The notes beneath the pieces are model-generated. The model saw nothing but the letters and a program-made list of their open reading frames with translations, was not told the origin of the DNA and did not search any database. This document shows, piece by piece, positions 20,927 through 30,073 of a stretch of DNA of 64,000 bases (position 1 is its first letter; each line of letters starts with the position of its first letter). Origin of the DNA: a virus; IMG/VR virus record IMGVR_UViG_3300008266_000018, positions 26,919 through 90,918 of that record. One strand, 5' to 3'. The translations under genes were made by a program, and so were the position numbers.

Positions 20927-21650
20927 TCTTTTTAGGATCTTTAGTCCAGAAAACTTGCAAATATTCTGAGTCTAAGTAAGGATTAATGAAAAATTTATCT
21001 CTAGTTTCATCAGGAAAATCTCCTACAATTAAATAAGTAGGTATTTTTTTAACTAGAGCCATTGTTTTAATTGAACTGTCAACAGCAATTACTTTTTTAC
21101 AAAGCTGAATATGACTTAAGCTAACCCAAATATCAGGGTGAGCTACAAGGCATACATTAGGCAACTCTTTGAGATTGTCAAACTCTAAAACTTCTTTCTC
21201 GCTGCCAAAAATTAAATAATTTTTATTAGGCTTTATTATTTTCTCAACGCATTCTTTAGAAATTCTTTTTTCAGGAAAATTAAGCTGGTTGTATGCGTTT
21301 TTAGCAAATCCACTGCCAAATGGATGTATTCCAATTATTTCGTTATCGTTATCAAAAGGAGACTGCACCTCGTAAGGAAATGCAGTCTCCATAAACTTTG
21401 TTCTTGGGCAAATAGTTAAATTAGATTTATTTAAAGAAGAAGAAGCTTCTGAATAAGAAGATAAATCATCGAAGTAAATAAATTCATAATTTTTAGTATC
21501 ACAAAAAGGCGCAAAGAACTTTTCCGCGCCTTTAAAGTGAGTCATTACAATAACTTTGAAAGAAGAAGGAAGACAAACTGCAACGTCAAGACATTGCAGA
21601 AAGTCTCCAATTCCGCCAGATATTAATATACTATTTACCTGATTGGACAT
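20874..21650 (-). CDS. GT9-like glycosyltransferase
   Basis: GGIGD, IGIHPFGS, VIAVDSS; likely start MSNQ. Confidence 0.75.
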   Translation of the reverse strand: MSNQVNSILISGGIGDFLQCLDVAVCLPSSFKVIVMTHFKGAEKFFAPFCDTKNYEFIYFDDLSSYSEASSSLNKSNLTICPRTKFMETAFPYEVQSPFDNDNEIIGIHPFGSGFAKNAYNQLNFPEKRISKECVEKIIKPNKNYLIFGSEKEVLEFDNLKELPNVCLVAHPDIWVSLSHIQLCKKVIAVDSSIKTMALVKKIPTYLIVGDFPDETRDKFFINPYLDSEYLQVFWTKDPKKNDKEIIEFIEKEVYKNS

Positions 21651-23611
21651 GCACCAGAAGAGCATTCTGCCATATCTAGCATTTCATTGCTATTGATGGT
21701 CATATTTGACAAAGGCTTGACCTTGCTGCTTGCAGCAAGATATGTGGCTTCGTCAATTTCTTGATATGGAGCTTGCTTGAAGCCGTGATCCTTGAATAGA
21801 AGGAAGCTAACACTCTTAACGTTATGCTCGTAATTATCTTTTAGCCAAGTCTTTAGAGACTCAAGTTCTTCAGGCTTGTAATAAGCAGTTACAGAAACAG
21901 CGTTGTCAGACCAAATTGTTTGAAGCTTCTTTACCATATCCAACTGCTTCAATACGTCCATATCCTTTGTAAGAATAGATCCTTCAGGAGTTTTGCACGG
22001 GAAGTAGACTACAACAGTATCACGATTTTCAGTACCATCAAAGTTTACAAGGAATTCAACGTGATATCCCATGTCTTTGCATGTTTGAACGAGAGCGTCA
22101 GAACTAGACATACGAACAGTACGCATGTAATACTTGCTGAACGCTGGATGAACGCCGGGAGTTGCTCCTCCTAGAAGACTCAACGTACCAGAAGGCTTGA
22201 TAGTCGTGAGTTTAATGCTTTCGGGCCAGCCGCGAAGCTTGCTCCAAGACTTGTCAAAATCACGCAAAGCGATATAACAATCGTCAAGCCAATCAAGCTT
22301 ATCAAGAGACTGACAAACGCCAGTAACACCAAGACCAAGCCGCATGTTCTTGTGAACAATTTTATTAGTTTCTTCATGAATGAATGGAAGAGCAGCGATA
22401 GCCTTTTGAGTCTTATAAAGAAGCTTTGTGCAGTCGATTAGCTCTTCTTTCGAAGTAATGTTATTTAGATAAAGTTCAGAAAGATTGCAGCACTCGTAAT
22501 TAGAAAGACTAATTTCGGCGCAAGGATTGGTCATTTCGCAATTATCTGCATCTGTTGGATACATTGAATTGTCTGAAATAGGACCATCCTTAATTCGCCC
22601 AAACTTTTGGGATAGAGGTAGATTAAAGAAACCATAAGGCTCGCCATTTGCATAGCCAGAATCCTTGTTGATTTCATATCCATTCTTCCAAAGTTCTTCA
22701 AGCACATGATCGTAGCTATCTGCGTAGATAGTATTGTTACTCATTGCTCGCCAATTTGGAACGTTACCAGAACCCCAGTTCTTGGCGCGAAGATAAAGAA
22801 TATCGTCAGGATCACCTAGAGCGATTTCAGCACTTCGACGAACATTGCCAGCAACAACAACGCTGCCAATAATGTTGCAGATATCAAGAACGTCAATTGA
22901 ACGAAGTTTCTTGTTTTCTCTTGACTGAAAGATTTTTGTGATTTTATCGATTCCGTCAATAAGGATTTGTGGGCCACTAGCCTTTCCGCCAAAACCCTTG
23001 ATTGGCTCTCCGTATCCTCTGATGAGGATAGTCGAGTAAGAAAACGATTTACCTGTGACGTAAAAAGCGTCCAATACCTTCGAAAGTAGATTAACCCAAC
23101 CTTCGCGTTTATCTGGAACAATATAATCAGCGTCTTTAGTTGCTTCATGAATGACATTTACACCTTTCTTAATCTTGGGAAGTTCGTGTACATCTTCGCG
23201 GCGAATGCTGTAACCAACTCCGCCGCCAAGCATTAGATTTTCAAACAAGAAAAGAAATGCCTTTGGCTCGCGCATTGCTGTTGCCCAGCAATTGAGAAGA
23301 GAATTTGCGCCAAAGCGATCTACGGTAGAAGTGCCAAGCTGCCAAAGCATTCGGCCAGCAAAGTTGCACTTTAAATTAAAAACGTAATCATAAATACGTT
23401 CTGCTTCTTCTGGAGTGTATTGAGCGCCAATCTTTTGTGCGCCTTCAATGCATCGTTGAACGGTCTCATACCATTCCTCTGTCTTGCCGTTATCCTTTAG
23501 ACGCGCATAAGTACGCTTATAAACGATATAACCTAGACCATTAAAACCCCAGTTGGGTTGTTTATTTTTATATTTAGATACAAAACTTTCAGTTAAAATT
23601 AATTCACTCAT
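21635..23611 (-). CDS. nrdJ: Class II (AdoCbl-dependent) ribonucleotide reductase
   Basis: KRTYAR, GNVRRSAEI, TNPCAEI, TTIKPSGT, C-terminal CSSGACPIR. Confidence 0.93.
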   Translation of the reverse strand: MSELILTESFVSKYKNKQPNWGFNGLGYIVYKRTYARLKDNGKTEEWYETVQRCIEGAQKIGAQYTPEEAERIYDYVFNLKCNFAGRMLWQLGTSTVDRFGANSLLNCWATAMREPKAFLFLFENLMLGGGVGYSIRREDVHELPKIKKGVNVIHEATKDADYIVPDKREGWVNLLSKVLDAFYVTGKSFSYSTILIRGYGEPIKGFGGKASGPQILIDGIDKITKIFQSRENKKLRSIDVLDICNIIGSVVVAGNVRRSAEIALGDPDDILYLRAKNWGSGNVPNWRAMSNNTIYADSYDHVLEELWKNGYEINKDSGYANGEPYGFFNLPLSQKFGRIKDGPISDNSMYPTDADNCEMTNPCAEISLSNYECCNLSELYLNNITSKEELIDCTKLLYKTQKAIAALPFIHEETNKIVHKNMRLGLGVTGVCQSLDKLDWLDDCYIALRDFDKSWSKLRGWPESIKLTTIKPSGTLSLLGGATPGVHPAFSKYYMRTVRMSSSDALVQTCKDMGYHVEFLVNFDGTENRDTVVVYFPCKTPEGSILTKDMDVLKQLDMVKKLQTIWSDNAVSVTAYYKPEELESLKTWLKDNYEHNVKSVSFLLFKDHGFKQAPYQEIDEATYLAASSKVKPLSNMTINSNEMLDMAECSSGACPIR

Positions 23612-23627
23612 AATAATGGGTTATATA

Positions 23628-24689
23628 TTACACTGACTTTTGGAAATTGTCAATATCAAACTTTACCATTTTTTCTACGAGCTTGTCAAAAGAAACCTTT
23701 GGCTTCCAACCTAATTCTCTTCTTGCGAGATCTGAATTTCCAAGTAGAATTTCTACTTCCGCTGGTCTATAGAATTTAGGGTTAATTTTAACTAAAACAG
23801 AAGACTGAGCTTCTCCAAGAGACAATAAATTAGTTTGAATACTTAATTCTTTATGTTCGCCTTCTCCATGCCAAGCGCAAGGAATATCAGCATAAACGAA
23901 AGCAAGATTTACAAATTCTTTGATTGTATGAGTTTCATTAGATGAAAGAACGTAATCTTTAGGAGTTTTTTGATTTAACATCTTCCATACGCCATCAACA
24001 AAGTCTTCTGAATCTGACCAGTCTCTTTTCGAATCTAAATTTCCTAATTCAATCGGAGCAAAAGGCTGATTATTTTTAATTGCGTTATGAATTCGCGCAA
24101 CGCCTAGAGAAATCTTTCTGGTTACAAACTCAGGGCCGCGCTTGGTTCCTTCGTGATTAAATAAAATGCCATGAACAGCATATAAATTATACGATTCACG
24201 ATATACTTTTACTAGTTGATGAGCAGCAACTTTAGATGCTCCATACGGACTTCTTGCCCTCATTGGGTGTTTCTCGTCTTGTGGAGAGTAAACAACGTCG
24301 CCAAATTCTTCGCTGCTTCCAGCAGAATAAAATCTGCACTTTGGATGATATTGACGAATCGCTTCAAGGCATCTAGCAACTCCAGTAGCGTTAATATCAA
24401 ATGTTTGAAGAGGAATATCCCAACTACAACCAACAAAACTTTGTGCGCCAAAATTAATAAAATAATCAGGCTTAATATCTTGAACTAAACTTGGAACACT
24501 TACACTGTCGCACAAATCTCCATAAACTAAATCTACTCTAGGATTATGAATAAAAGATTTACAGTTAACTAGATTCGGATTTGATGTCCTCCGAATCATG
24601 CCATAAATTTTAGCGTCAGTATTCTTTAGCAAATATTCCGCCATATTTGCGCCGTCTTGACCTAGTATTCCAGTTAATAAAATTTTCAT
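23628..24689 (-). CDS. gmd: GDP-mannose 4,6-dehydratase
   Basis: TGILGQDG, AQSFV, SSEEFG, SPYGASK, FNHE, FVTRKI, LGNLDSKRDW, RPAEV. Confidence 0.95.
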   Translation of the reverse strand: MKILLTGILGQDGANMAEYLLKNTDAKIYGMIRRTSNPNLVNCKSFIHNPRVDLVYGDLCDSVSVPSLVQDIKPDYFINFGAQSFVGCSWDIPLQTFDINATGVARCLEAIRQYHPKCRFYSAGSSEEFGDVVYSPQDEKHPMRARSPYGASKVAAHQLVKVYRESYNLYAVHGILFNHEGTKRGPEFVTRKISLGVARIHNAIKNNQPFAPIELGNLDSKRDWSDSEDFVDGVWKMLNQKTPKDYVLSSNETHTIKEFVNLAFVYADIPCAWHGEGEHKELSIQTNLLSLGEAQSSVLVKINPKFYRPAEVEILLGNSDLARRELGWKPKVSFDKLVEKMVKFDIDNFQKSV

Positions 24690-25066
24690 TCGATTGAGAA
24701 CATTTTTTTATTATATTTGACTTCGCGAGAAGGATCTTTAGGGTGCTTCTTGCCTTTACGAGTTTTACTGTAATCTTCGAAGAACTTCTTTTGTACAGGA
24801 TCTTCTCCAGCGATATCCTTGCGTTTTTCAGAAAGCTCTTTTGATCTATCCATCAAATCTCCAAGAGTTTCTTTTTTATTAGAAGTTTTATCTCTAAATC
24901 CTGTTTCACTAAAAGCGTCGATATGAGTGTCTATTGAAGCTTGTGGAATAGTAAAAATTCTTTCCCAATCAACTCCTTCTTCAGAATAAACATGATTCTC
25001 ACTCATTCTCTGAAGAATTTCTTTAATCTTGCCTGTTTTAGGATTTTTAAATAAATAAATAGGCAT
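24686..25066 (-). CDS. FmdB-like (Cys-less zinc-ribbon-type) protein
   Basis: MPIYLFKNPKTG N-terminus. Confidence 0.5.
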   Translation of the reverse strand: MPIYLFKNPKTGKIKEILQRMSENHVYSEEGVDWERIFTIPQASIDTHIDAFSETGFRDKTSNKKETLGDLMDRSKELSEKRKDIAGEDPVQKKFFEDYSKTRKGKKHPKDPSREVKYNKKMFSIE

Positions 25067-25067
25067 A

Positions 25068-26144
25068 TTAAATTAATGCTAAAAGTTGATCTACTGTTTT
25101 TTCATAAGTAAATTCAGTTTGGAGCTTTAATCCTTCTTCATTTACTCTGTTTTTTTCTACTCTTTTAATTACCTCTTCGCAACCAGCAATAAATTCATCT
25201 TCATTATAATTAAAATATTGACCTTGATTTATTTCTATTCCTTTCTTGAAGAATAGATTATCGTAGCAATCAATCTTATCTTTACTAGGATTAATTAATA
25301 CCGAGTTCTTTTCATTTGCCCAAGTTGAATGAGCATGAGCATTTAATATAACAGCATGTTTTCCAATCGCGACAGAAGAGAATTCAGGAATAGACCATCC
25401 TTCGCCGCTAGACATGCCAATAACTACATCGGCAGAATTAAGAAATTCATTGTAAGTCTTATTCTTTTCTATCCATTCAATGTTGTTATAATTAAAATAT
25501 CTATTTCCTTCAAGTGCGTCATTTATGATTTTAGCATTTAACTCTTTAGAAATAAAAGAATTATAGCAGCAAGATTGAAGTGAGTATTTTTTATTATTAC
25601 CAAACTTTTTAACCCAACTCTTAATTACTCTAACTTGATTCTTTCTGCGTTCGATTTTTCCGCAAACATTAAAAGTAATTCTTCCATCATCAAAAAACGT
25701 CTTGTTTAGATTTGAAAAAGTATTTGTATCAAATCCAAGAGGAACGAAATGAGTTTCTACGCCATGATTGTCGAAAACTTCTTTAGTGTATTTATTTGTA
25801 AAGACAGTTATATTTCCTTTAGCGACATTTTTCTCGTAGGTAGTTGGAGAGTCTAATTCATAGAATGAAATCAATATCTGCTTTTTAGATATAGATTCAT
25901 GACTTCCATTAAGATGCCAAAGTTTAATTACGGGAATATCTCTTGTATGAGATTCCTTATATTTAGAAATACATTTATTGATCCATTCTAAAAACTGTGG
26001 ATCATCTTCACAAGAAGAAACGTTGACGTTTCCAATTGGAAGTAAAGAAGGGGCCAGCCCCCTTCGGTAGATCTCTCTAAGAATTGCTAGAGATACTTGA
26101 CCGAAGGAGACTGGATTAATTGGGATGTTAAGAGCGAAATCCAT
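25068..26144 (-). CDS. GT4-like glycosyltransferase
   Basis: GKIERRKN, SSGEGWSIPEF. Confidence 0.8.
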   Translation of the reverse strand: MDFALNIPINPVSFGQVSLAILREIYRRGLAPSLLPIGNVNVSSCEDDPQFLEWINKCISKYKESHTRDIPVIKLWHLNGSHESISKKQILISFYELDSPTTYEKNVAKGNITVFTNKYTKEVFDNHGVETHFVPLGFDTNTFSNLNKTFFDDGRITFNVCGKIERRKNQVRVIKSWVKKFGNNKKYSLQSCCYNSFISKELNAKIINDALEGNRYFNYNNIEWIEKNKTYNEFLNSADVVIGMSSGEGWSIPEFSSVAIGKHAVILNAHAHSTWANEKNSVLINPSKDKIDCYDNLFFKKGIEINQGQYFNYNEDEFIAGCEEVIKRVEKNRVNEEGLKLQTEFTYEKTVDQLLALI

Positions 26145-26488
26145 TACAGGAGTCCGTCATCATCTTCCTGAACAGCATAAGTCTTCTTTACGGATGGCTT
26201 ATTTCCATAAGCTGGAGCCTTTGCTGTTGGAGCCGCCTTTTGAGGTGCGCTTGTTGTTGCGGTTGCAGGTCGTCCTTCCATAGGAAGCGACTCATAGATT
26301 CGAAAATCAGGTTGATTTTCAGACTTCTTATCTTTAGAAGAGAAGACTACAATCTTTACCTTCTCGCCATTTGCCTTGTTAATGTAACCAGTCAAGTATG
26401 TCTGGTTCTTACCTTGGCGTTTCCATAGAGCGCCGAGTTCTTCGCGTTTAGACTTATTAGCTGTATCGTTTGCGTTTGTATCACTCAT
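26144..26488 (-). CDS. DUF736-like small beta protein (possible SSB)
   Basis: LGALWK..YLTG..QPDFRIY; acidic tail EDDDGLL. Confidence 0.6.
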   Translation of the reverse strand: MSDTNANDTANKSKREELGALWKRQGKNQTYLTGYINKANGEKVKIVVFSSKDKKSENQPDFRIYESLPMEGRPATATTSAPQKAAPTAKAPAYGNKPSVKKTYAVQEDDDGLL

Positions 26489-27083
26489 ATATTTCTAATT
26501 TACGGTTCTTTATCTTTCTTTTAAGAAGACTTATTCCTTTTTTGTGAAGATTCAAAACTGTTTGCGTTGTAACTCCGAGTTCTTCCGCAATGTTTTTCCA
26601 CTTCACTTTATAATCAGAATACTTCCTCTTGAAAACGTATGAAATTCTATCATCAGAGACATCTGAAAATGCAGTTAAAATATTTTCTAAATTTACTTTA
26701 ACAGGCTTTTTTCGATAAGCCTCCATTGAGATTTCAGAATCTATGATAGGGGAAATTTCCTCATTGTCAACAAAGAATTTGTTTTTCGTGTTCGAAATCC
26801 TGTTCAGGCAATGGAATCTAGCTTGGTTCGCGAGCCAAGTAGAAAACTTAACATTTTTATCAGCGTCGAAAGAAGACAATGAATTATAAAATACGAACAT
26901 CTTATCAGATAAAATATCTTCACTTGATACTCCTGATCTCTTTAGTCCGTTCATATATCCATGACACACTTTATAATACAAGTTTTCGTGCCTTGAAACC
27001 AGTTCGCAAAATGCATCGTTGCAAGTTTCTTCGTTTATTAGCTTGATTAACTCTACGTCTGATAACTTATTTAAGTTTTTCAT
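26481..27083 (-). CDS. Phage RNA polymerase sigma70-family factor
   Basis: FDADKNVKFSTW (region 2); IAEELGVTTQTV (region 4 HTH). Confidence 0.85.
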   Translation of the reverse strand: MKNLNKLSDVELIKLINEETCNDAFCELVSRHENLYYKVCHGYMNGLKRSGVSSEDILSDKMFVFYNSLSSFDADKNVKFSTWLANQARFHCLNRISNTKNKFFVDNEEISPIIDSEISMEAYRKKPVKVNLENILTAFSDVSDDRISYVFKRKYSDYKVKWKNIAEELGVTTQTVLNLHKKGISLLKRKIKNRKLEIYE

Positions 27084-27700
27084 TTTAAATGTAAATCAAG
27101 GATGCACTGATTTACAAATAAGTCAAGCACTTTAATATCAGAAACTTTGGGCCAAATTACATAGTAATCAGCATCTTCTCTAACTTTAGGATAATGAAAC
27201 GATTCTTCTTCGTTTGGTGGCTGAACTTTTACGCCATTTTTTGGATTATAACATGAAACATCAATCAAGCGACCTTTTAAAACGTGCTTCAACCAAAATA
27301 CTTCATCTTTAGAAAAATAGTTATGACGTATATCGGTTATGCAAATGTATTGAGACTTAGATTCCAAGATCTTCTTAGTTATAATATCTGTCCAAAACTT
27401 TCCATACGATTCCAATCTCTTTTGCTTCGCAAAAAGAACGAGATCGTTTCTAACCAAGTCCTTCTCTTCTCGCGTACAATTCAAAATGTCAACATTGTAT
27501 TTTTTAATAAGGTCTTCCCTTAGAAGAATTTTCAATTCATCTGCTAGGGCGAATCTTTCGAACGGTAGTTTCTGCGATAGCAGAGAGAAGAACGTATCCT
27601 TTCCACTACTGGCTACGCCAGACAATCCAAGGATTGTACGAGAACCGAGATTTGATTTATTAAGTTTTGACATGCAACCAACGCTGGAAAAGGAATCCAT
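27080..27700 (-). CDS. Deoxynucleoside monophosphate kinase
   Basis: GLSGVASSGKDT, LADELK, ITDIR. Confidence 0.8.
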   Translation of the reverse strand: MDSFSSVGCMSKLNKSNLGSRTILGLSGVASSGKDTFFSLLSQKLPFERFALADELKILLREDLIKKYNVDILNCTREEKDLVRNDLVLFAKQKRLESYGKFWTDIITKKILESKSQYICITDIRHNYFSKDEVFWLKHVLKGRLIDVSCYNPKNGVKVQPPNEEESFHYPKVREDADYYVIWPKVSDIKVLDLFVNQCILDLHLK

Positions 27701-27735
27701 CTCTAATATGTATTTATATTAGATCATAAACGACA

Positions 27736-28017
27736 TTATTCAAGCCAAATCAGTTCTTCGCAACCTATTTCGTAGGCTTTCGACCCTATTTCGTAGAGCC
27801 TAGCTAATGACTTGAATAAATATTTACCGCCAAAATCCGATTGAACTTTTTTTATTGCTCGCCTCACCGACTAGGTGAGTCTATCGATCTCGTCTTACGA
27901 ACGCCGCTTTTTCCCGAAATAACGTTGAAGTTCTTAGCTTCACTTGATCGATGCCTTTCTACGGGCCTGATGTCTCTTACGGTTCACGCTGGATTCCCAG
28001 CAAGCTAGTAATCGGTT
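27736..28017 (-). ncRNA. Unidentified highly structured RNA or 5' leader
   Basis: GC-enriched non-coding gap with many nested helices; G-U pairs form on the - strand; promoter directly upstream. Confidence 0.7.
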
Positions 28018-28023
28018 GTCGTG

Positions 28024-28052
28024 ACCTTAGTCCTCCTTAGAAGATTTGTCAA
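28024..28052 (-). promoter_or_regulatory. Sigma70-type promoter for the structured RNA and downstream genes
   Basis: TTGACA-17-TAAGGT. Confidence 0.7.
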
Positions 28053-28449
28053 CCTCTTTTTTCAAAAAATCTAAAATGTGCAAAATGTTCCACAAATCCT
28101 TGGGTTTTAGCTCTTTTGGATCGCACGTTTCCGAGTCGTCCTTGATGACTTCTTGGCAGAACCAATTTACTCTGTCCGCGATATTGCAAGCAAGTGCGCC
28201 ATTAATTTTAATATCTTGCTCCATCTGCTCCAACTTTCTATTTAAAAAATAAATCTTCTCTCCGTCAGGATTAGATTCGCAAGCTACAAAATTTTCAGAC
28301 AATAAATTATTCAACGCGCAAACAACTGGGTATTTGTCGTTGTCATCCTCATGGATAACCAAAAGTTTATTTAAATCCTTCGGGTAATTAAAATAATCGT
28401 TTTCAGAAAACCAGTTAATTAGTTTTAAAGATGCTTCTAAAGTAGTCAT
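28027..28449 (-). CDS. Hypothetical protein
   Basis: 140-aa ORF. Confidence 0.6.
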   Translation of the reverse strand: MTTLEASLKLINWFSENDYFNYPKDLNKLLVIHEDDNDKYPVVCALNNLLSENFVACESNPDGEKIYFLNRKLEQMEQDIKINGALACNIADRVNWFCQEVIKDDSETCDPKELKPKDLWNILHILDFLKKEVDKSSKED

Positions 28450-28458
28450 AATAGTAAA

Positions 28459-28776
28459 ATGAATTTAATATTGATATCTATAGTTATCGGTTATTTAACT
28501 TTTATCTGGTTAAAAACAAACGCTATATACGATTATACAAGCTGGATATTAAAGAAGACTAATATTTTTAAAGAATACGAAGACTTTATTGAACAAAAAC
28601 AAATGAATTTAAGTTTGCCTGATTATTTATTATTAAAGAAGAAATCTTTCTTTTTTAAATTAATCACATGCCCTATATGCTGCTCGTTTTGGATGAGCAT
28701 GATATATTACAGGTCAATCGAAGGAGTTTGCGCCGCATGTTTTTCTTATTTAATTTATAAACTTTTAATTAAATGA
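28459..28776 (+). CDS. Small membrane protein with CxxC (DUF1360-like)
   Basis: Hydrophobic segments; LITCPICCSFW. Confidence 0.6.
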   Translation: MNLILISIVIGYLTFIWLKTNAIYDYTSWILKKTNIFKEYEDFIEQKQMNLSLPDYLLLKKKSFFFKLITCPICCSFWMSMIYYRSIEGVCAACFSYLIYKLLIK

Positions 28777-29060
28777 AAATTAAATTAGACTATTTTTTTA
28801 ATTTCGTAAAGAATAATCCAGCACACTTTTCAGTGTTAGACCCTGAGATTGCAAAACTATACGACATGAACATATCATCATGCAATTGTGCAACTCCAAA
28901 AGGGCAACTAACAACAGCATTTGAACAATTCAAAAAAGTGCTATGTATTGAAAATTGTAGGAACAAAATTCTTGACAAATCAAAGGAGTTATTAGATGAT
29001 TCTATACAGATAGAAGATTTCAGTGTAAATACTTGTGGTGAAAACTTTCAAAATAAATAA
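28773..29060 (+). CDS. Hypothetical protein
   Basis: ATGA overlap with the previous gene. Confidence 0.55.
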   Translation: MKIKLDYFFNFVKNNPAHFSVLDPEIAKLYDMNISSCNCATPKGQLTTAFEQFKKVLCIENCRNKILDKSKELLDDSIQIEDFSVNTCGENFQNK

Positions 29061-29220
29061 TTTAAAAATGAAAGTAACTGGTCAGAAGCTTGTCATTTAT
29101 GATTCTTTAAATGACGTTTCTGACGAAGAAGTTTTATTAATTGCCAATTATCTTTACAACGAAGGATTCTTTAAAACCAAAAAAATAGATGTACGAGTCC
29201 AAGGTGATAGAAAAAATTAA
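29035..29220 (+). CDS. Hypothetical protein
   Basis: YLYNEGFF; GTGTAA motif upstream. Confidence 0.5.
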   Translation: MVKTFKINNLKMKVTGQKLVIYDSLNDVSDEEVLLIANYLYNEGFFKTKKIDVRVQGDRKN

Positions 29221-29404
29221 TTATTTCTACGAAGAATTAGATAGCTTAAATCAAAGCTTAGATTGGCTAGAGAAAAAAATAGAAGTAACAACTTCTGAAG
29301 AAGATTTATTATATTTATATACTCAAGTAGTAGAAGAACAAAAAAAGCATGAACTGTTAACTAGAGAATTTATGGCACACTTAGCCATATTGTCTCAGCA
29401 GTGA
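29189..29404 (+). CDS. Hypothetical coiled-coil protein
   Basis: ORF in tandem arrangement. Confidence 0.5.
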   Translation: MYESKVIEKINYFYEELDSLNQSLDWLEKKIEVTTSEEDLLYLYTQVVEEQKKHELLTREFMAHLAILSQQ

Positions 29405-29457
29405 GTCAGATAGTCTCAAATAAAGCGTCTAAATATGAAATATAACCATGAAAAAGT

Positions 29458-29473
29458 TGGCATGAATCTTGCT
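29458..29473 (+). promoter_or_regulatory. Sigma54 (-24/-12) promoter
   Basis: TGGCAT-GAATC-TTGCT; exact TGGCAY-N5-TTGCW spacing. Confidence 0.75.
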
Positions 29474-29500
29474 ATAGAAATAAATAACAAGGAAAACAAT

Positions 29501-29812
29501 ATGGTATTAAATTATTATTACGACGCAACAAAAAACTACTACTTCAAACAAGATGGATCAGACTATGTAGTCTCCATTGATGTGCCGGGAATTAAAAAAT
29601 CAGAATTATCAATCACGATAAATAAAGAAGAACAAGATAATCTTCTGTCTATTAAAACGCAAAATAAAGACAGAGATTACAGTCAAAATTTTAGAGTGTC
29701 TGGCAAGTTTGATGAAAAATCAGTGAAGGCATCACTTTCTGAAGGAGTATTAAAAATAAAAATGAAGCTGAAAGAGGAAGCTTCAACGAAACATAAAATA
29801 GAAATTGAATAA
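29501..29812 (+). CDS. Small heat-shock protein (Hsp20)
   Basis: IDVPGIKKSEL, KASLSEGVLKI, KIEIE. Start at 29501 follows AAGGA and the sigma54 site. Confidence 0.88.
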   Translation: MVLNYYYDATKNYYFKQDGSDYVVSIDVPGIKKSELSITINKEEQDNLLSIKTQNKDRDYSQNFRVSGKFDEKSVKASLSEGVLKIKMKLKEEASTKHKIEIE

Positions 29813-29817
29813 AAAAT

Positions 29818-29843
29818 AACCCTCGCCAAACGGCGGGGGTTTT
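29818..29843 (+). terminator. Intrinsic terminator
   Basis: AACCCTCGCC-AAAC-GGCGGGGGTT followed by T's. Confidence 0.75.
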
Positions 29844-29857
29844 GTGTAATATTTTGT

Positions 29858-30073
29858 ATGCCTATTCCTAAACCGTCAAAGAAAAACCAAAACGAAGACA
29901 AGTATATTGGCGACTGTATGGGGGATTCAAGTATGTTAAAAGAATTCCCCAATCAGAAGCAAAGATATGCTGTATGCAAAACTACTTTTGATCGCGCCAA
30001 GAAAGCTAAAGCTTCAGAAGATGAAGATATAAATTGGGTTGACAATCAAGAAAAGGGTTATATATTGTATTGA
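29858..30073 (+). CDS. Small phage hypothetical protein
   Basis: MPIPKP..E..YI..CM...QRYAVC. Confidence 0.6.
   Translation: MPIPKPSKKNQNEDKYIGDCMGDSSMLKEFPNQKQRYAVCKTTFDRAKKAKASEDEDINWVDNQEKGYILY

Noticed and set aside
11688-23611. Inteins or introns in dnaE, dnaB, recA or nrdJ
   Set aside because: Normal lengths, no intein termini or LAGLIDADG blocks; the dnaE pieces lack split-intein ends.
27736-28017. tmRNA, RNase P, cobalamin riboswitch or hammerhead identity for the structured RNA
   Set aside because: No tRNA-like ends, no GAGGAAAGUCC, no B12 box; CTGATGT on the + strand is not CUGAUGA.
29435-29500. Longer Hsp20 N-terminus given in the ORF track
   Set aside because: It overlaps the sigma54 promoter; ATG 29501 has an SD-like AAGGA.
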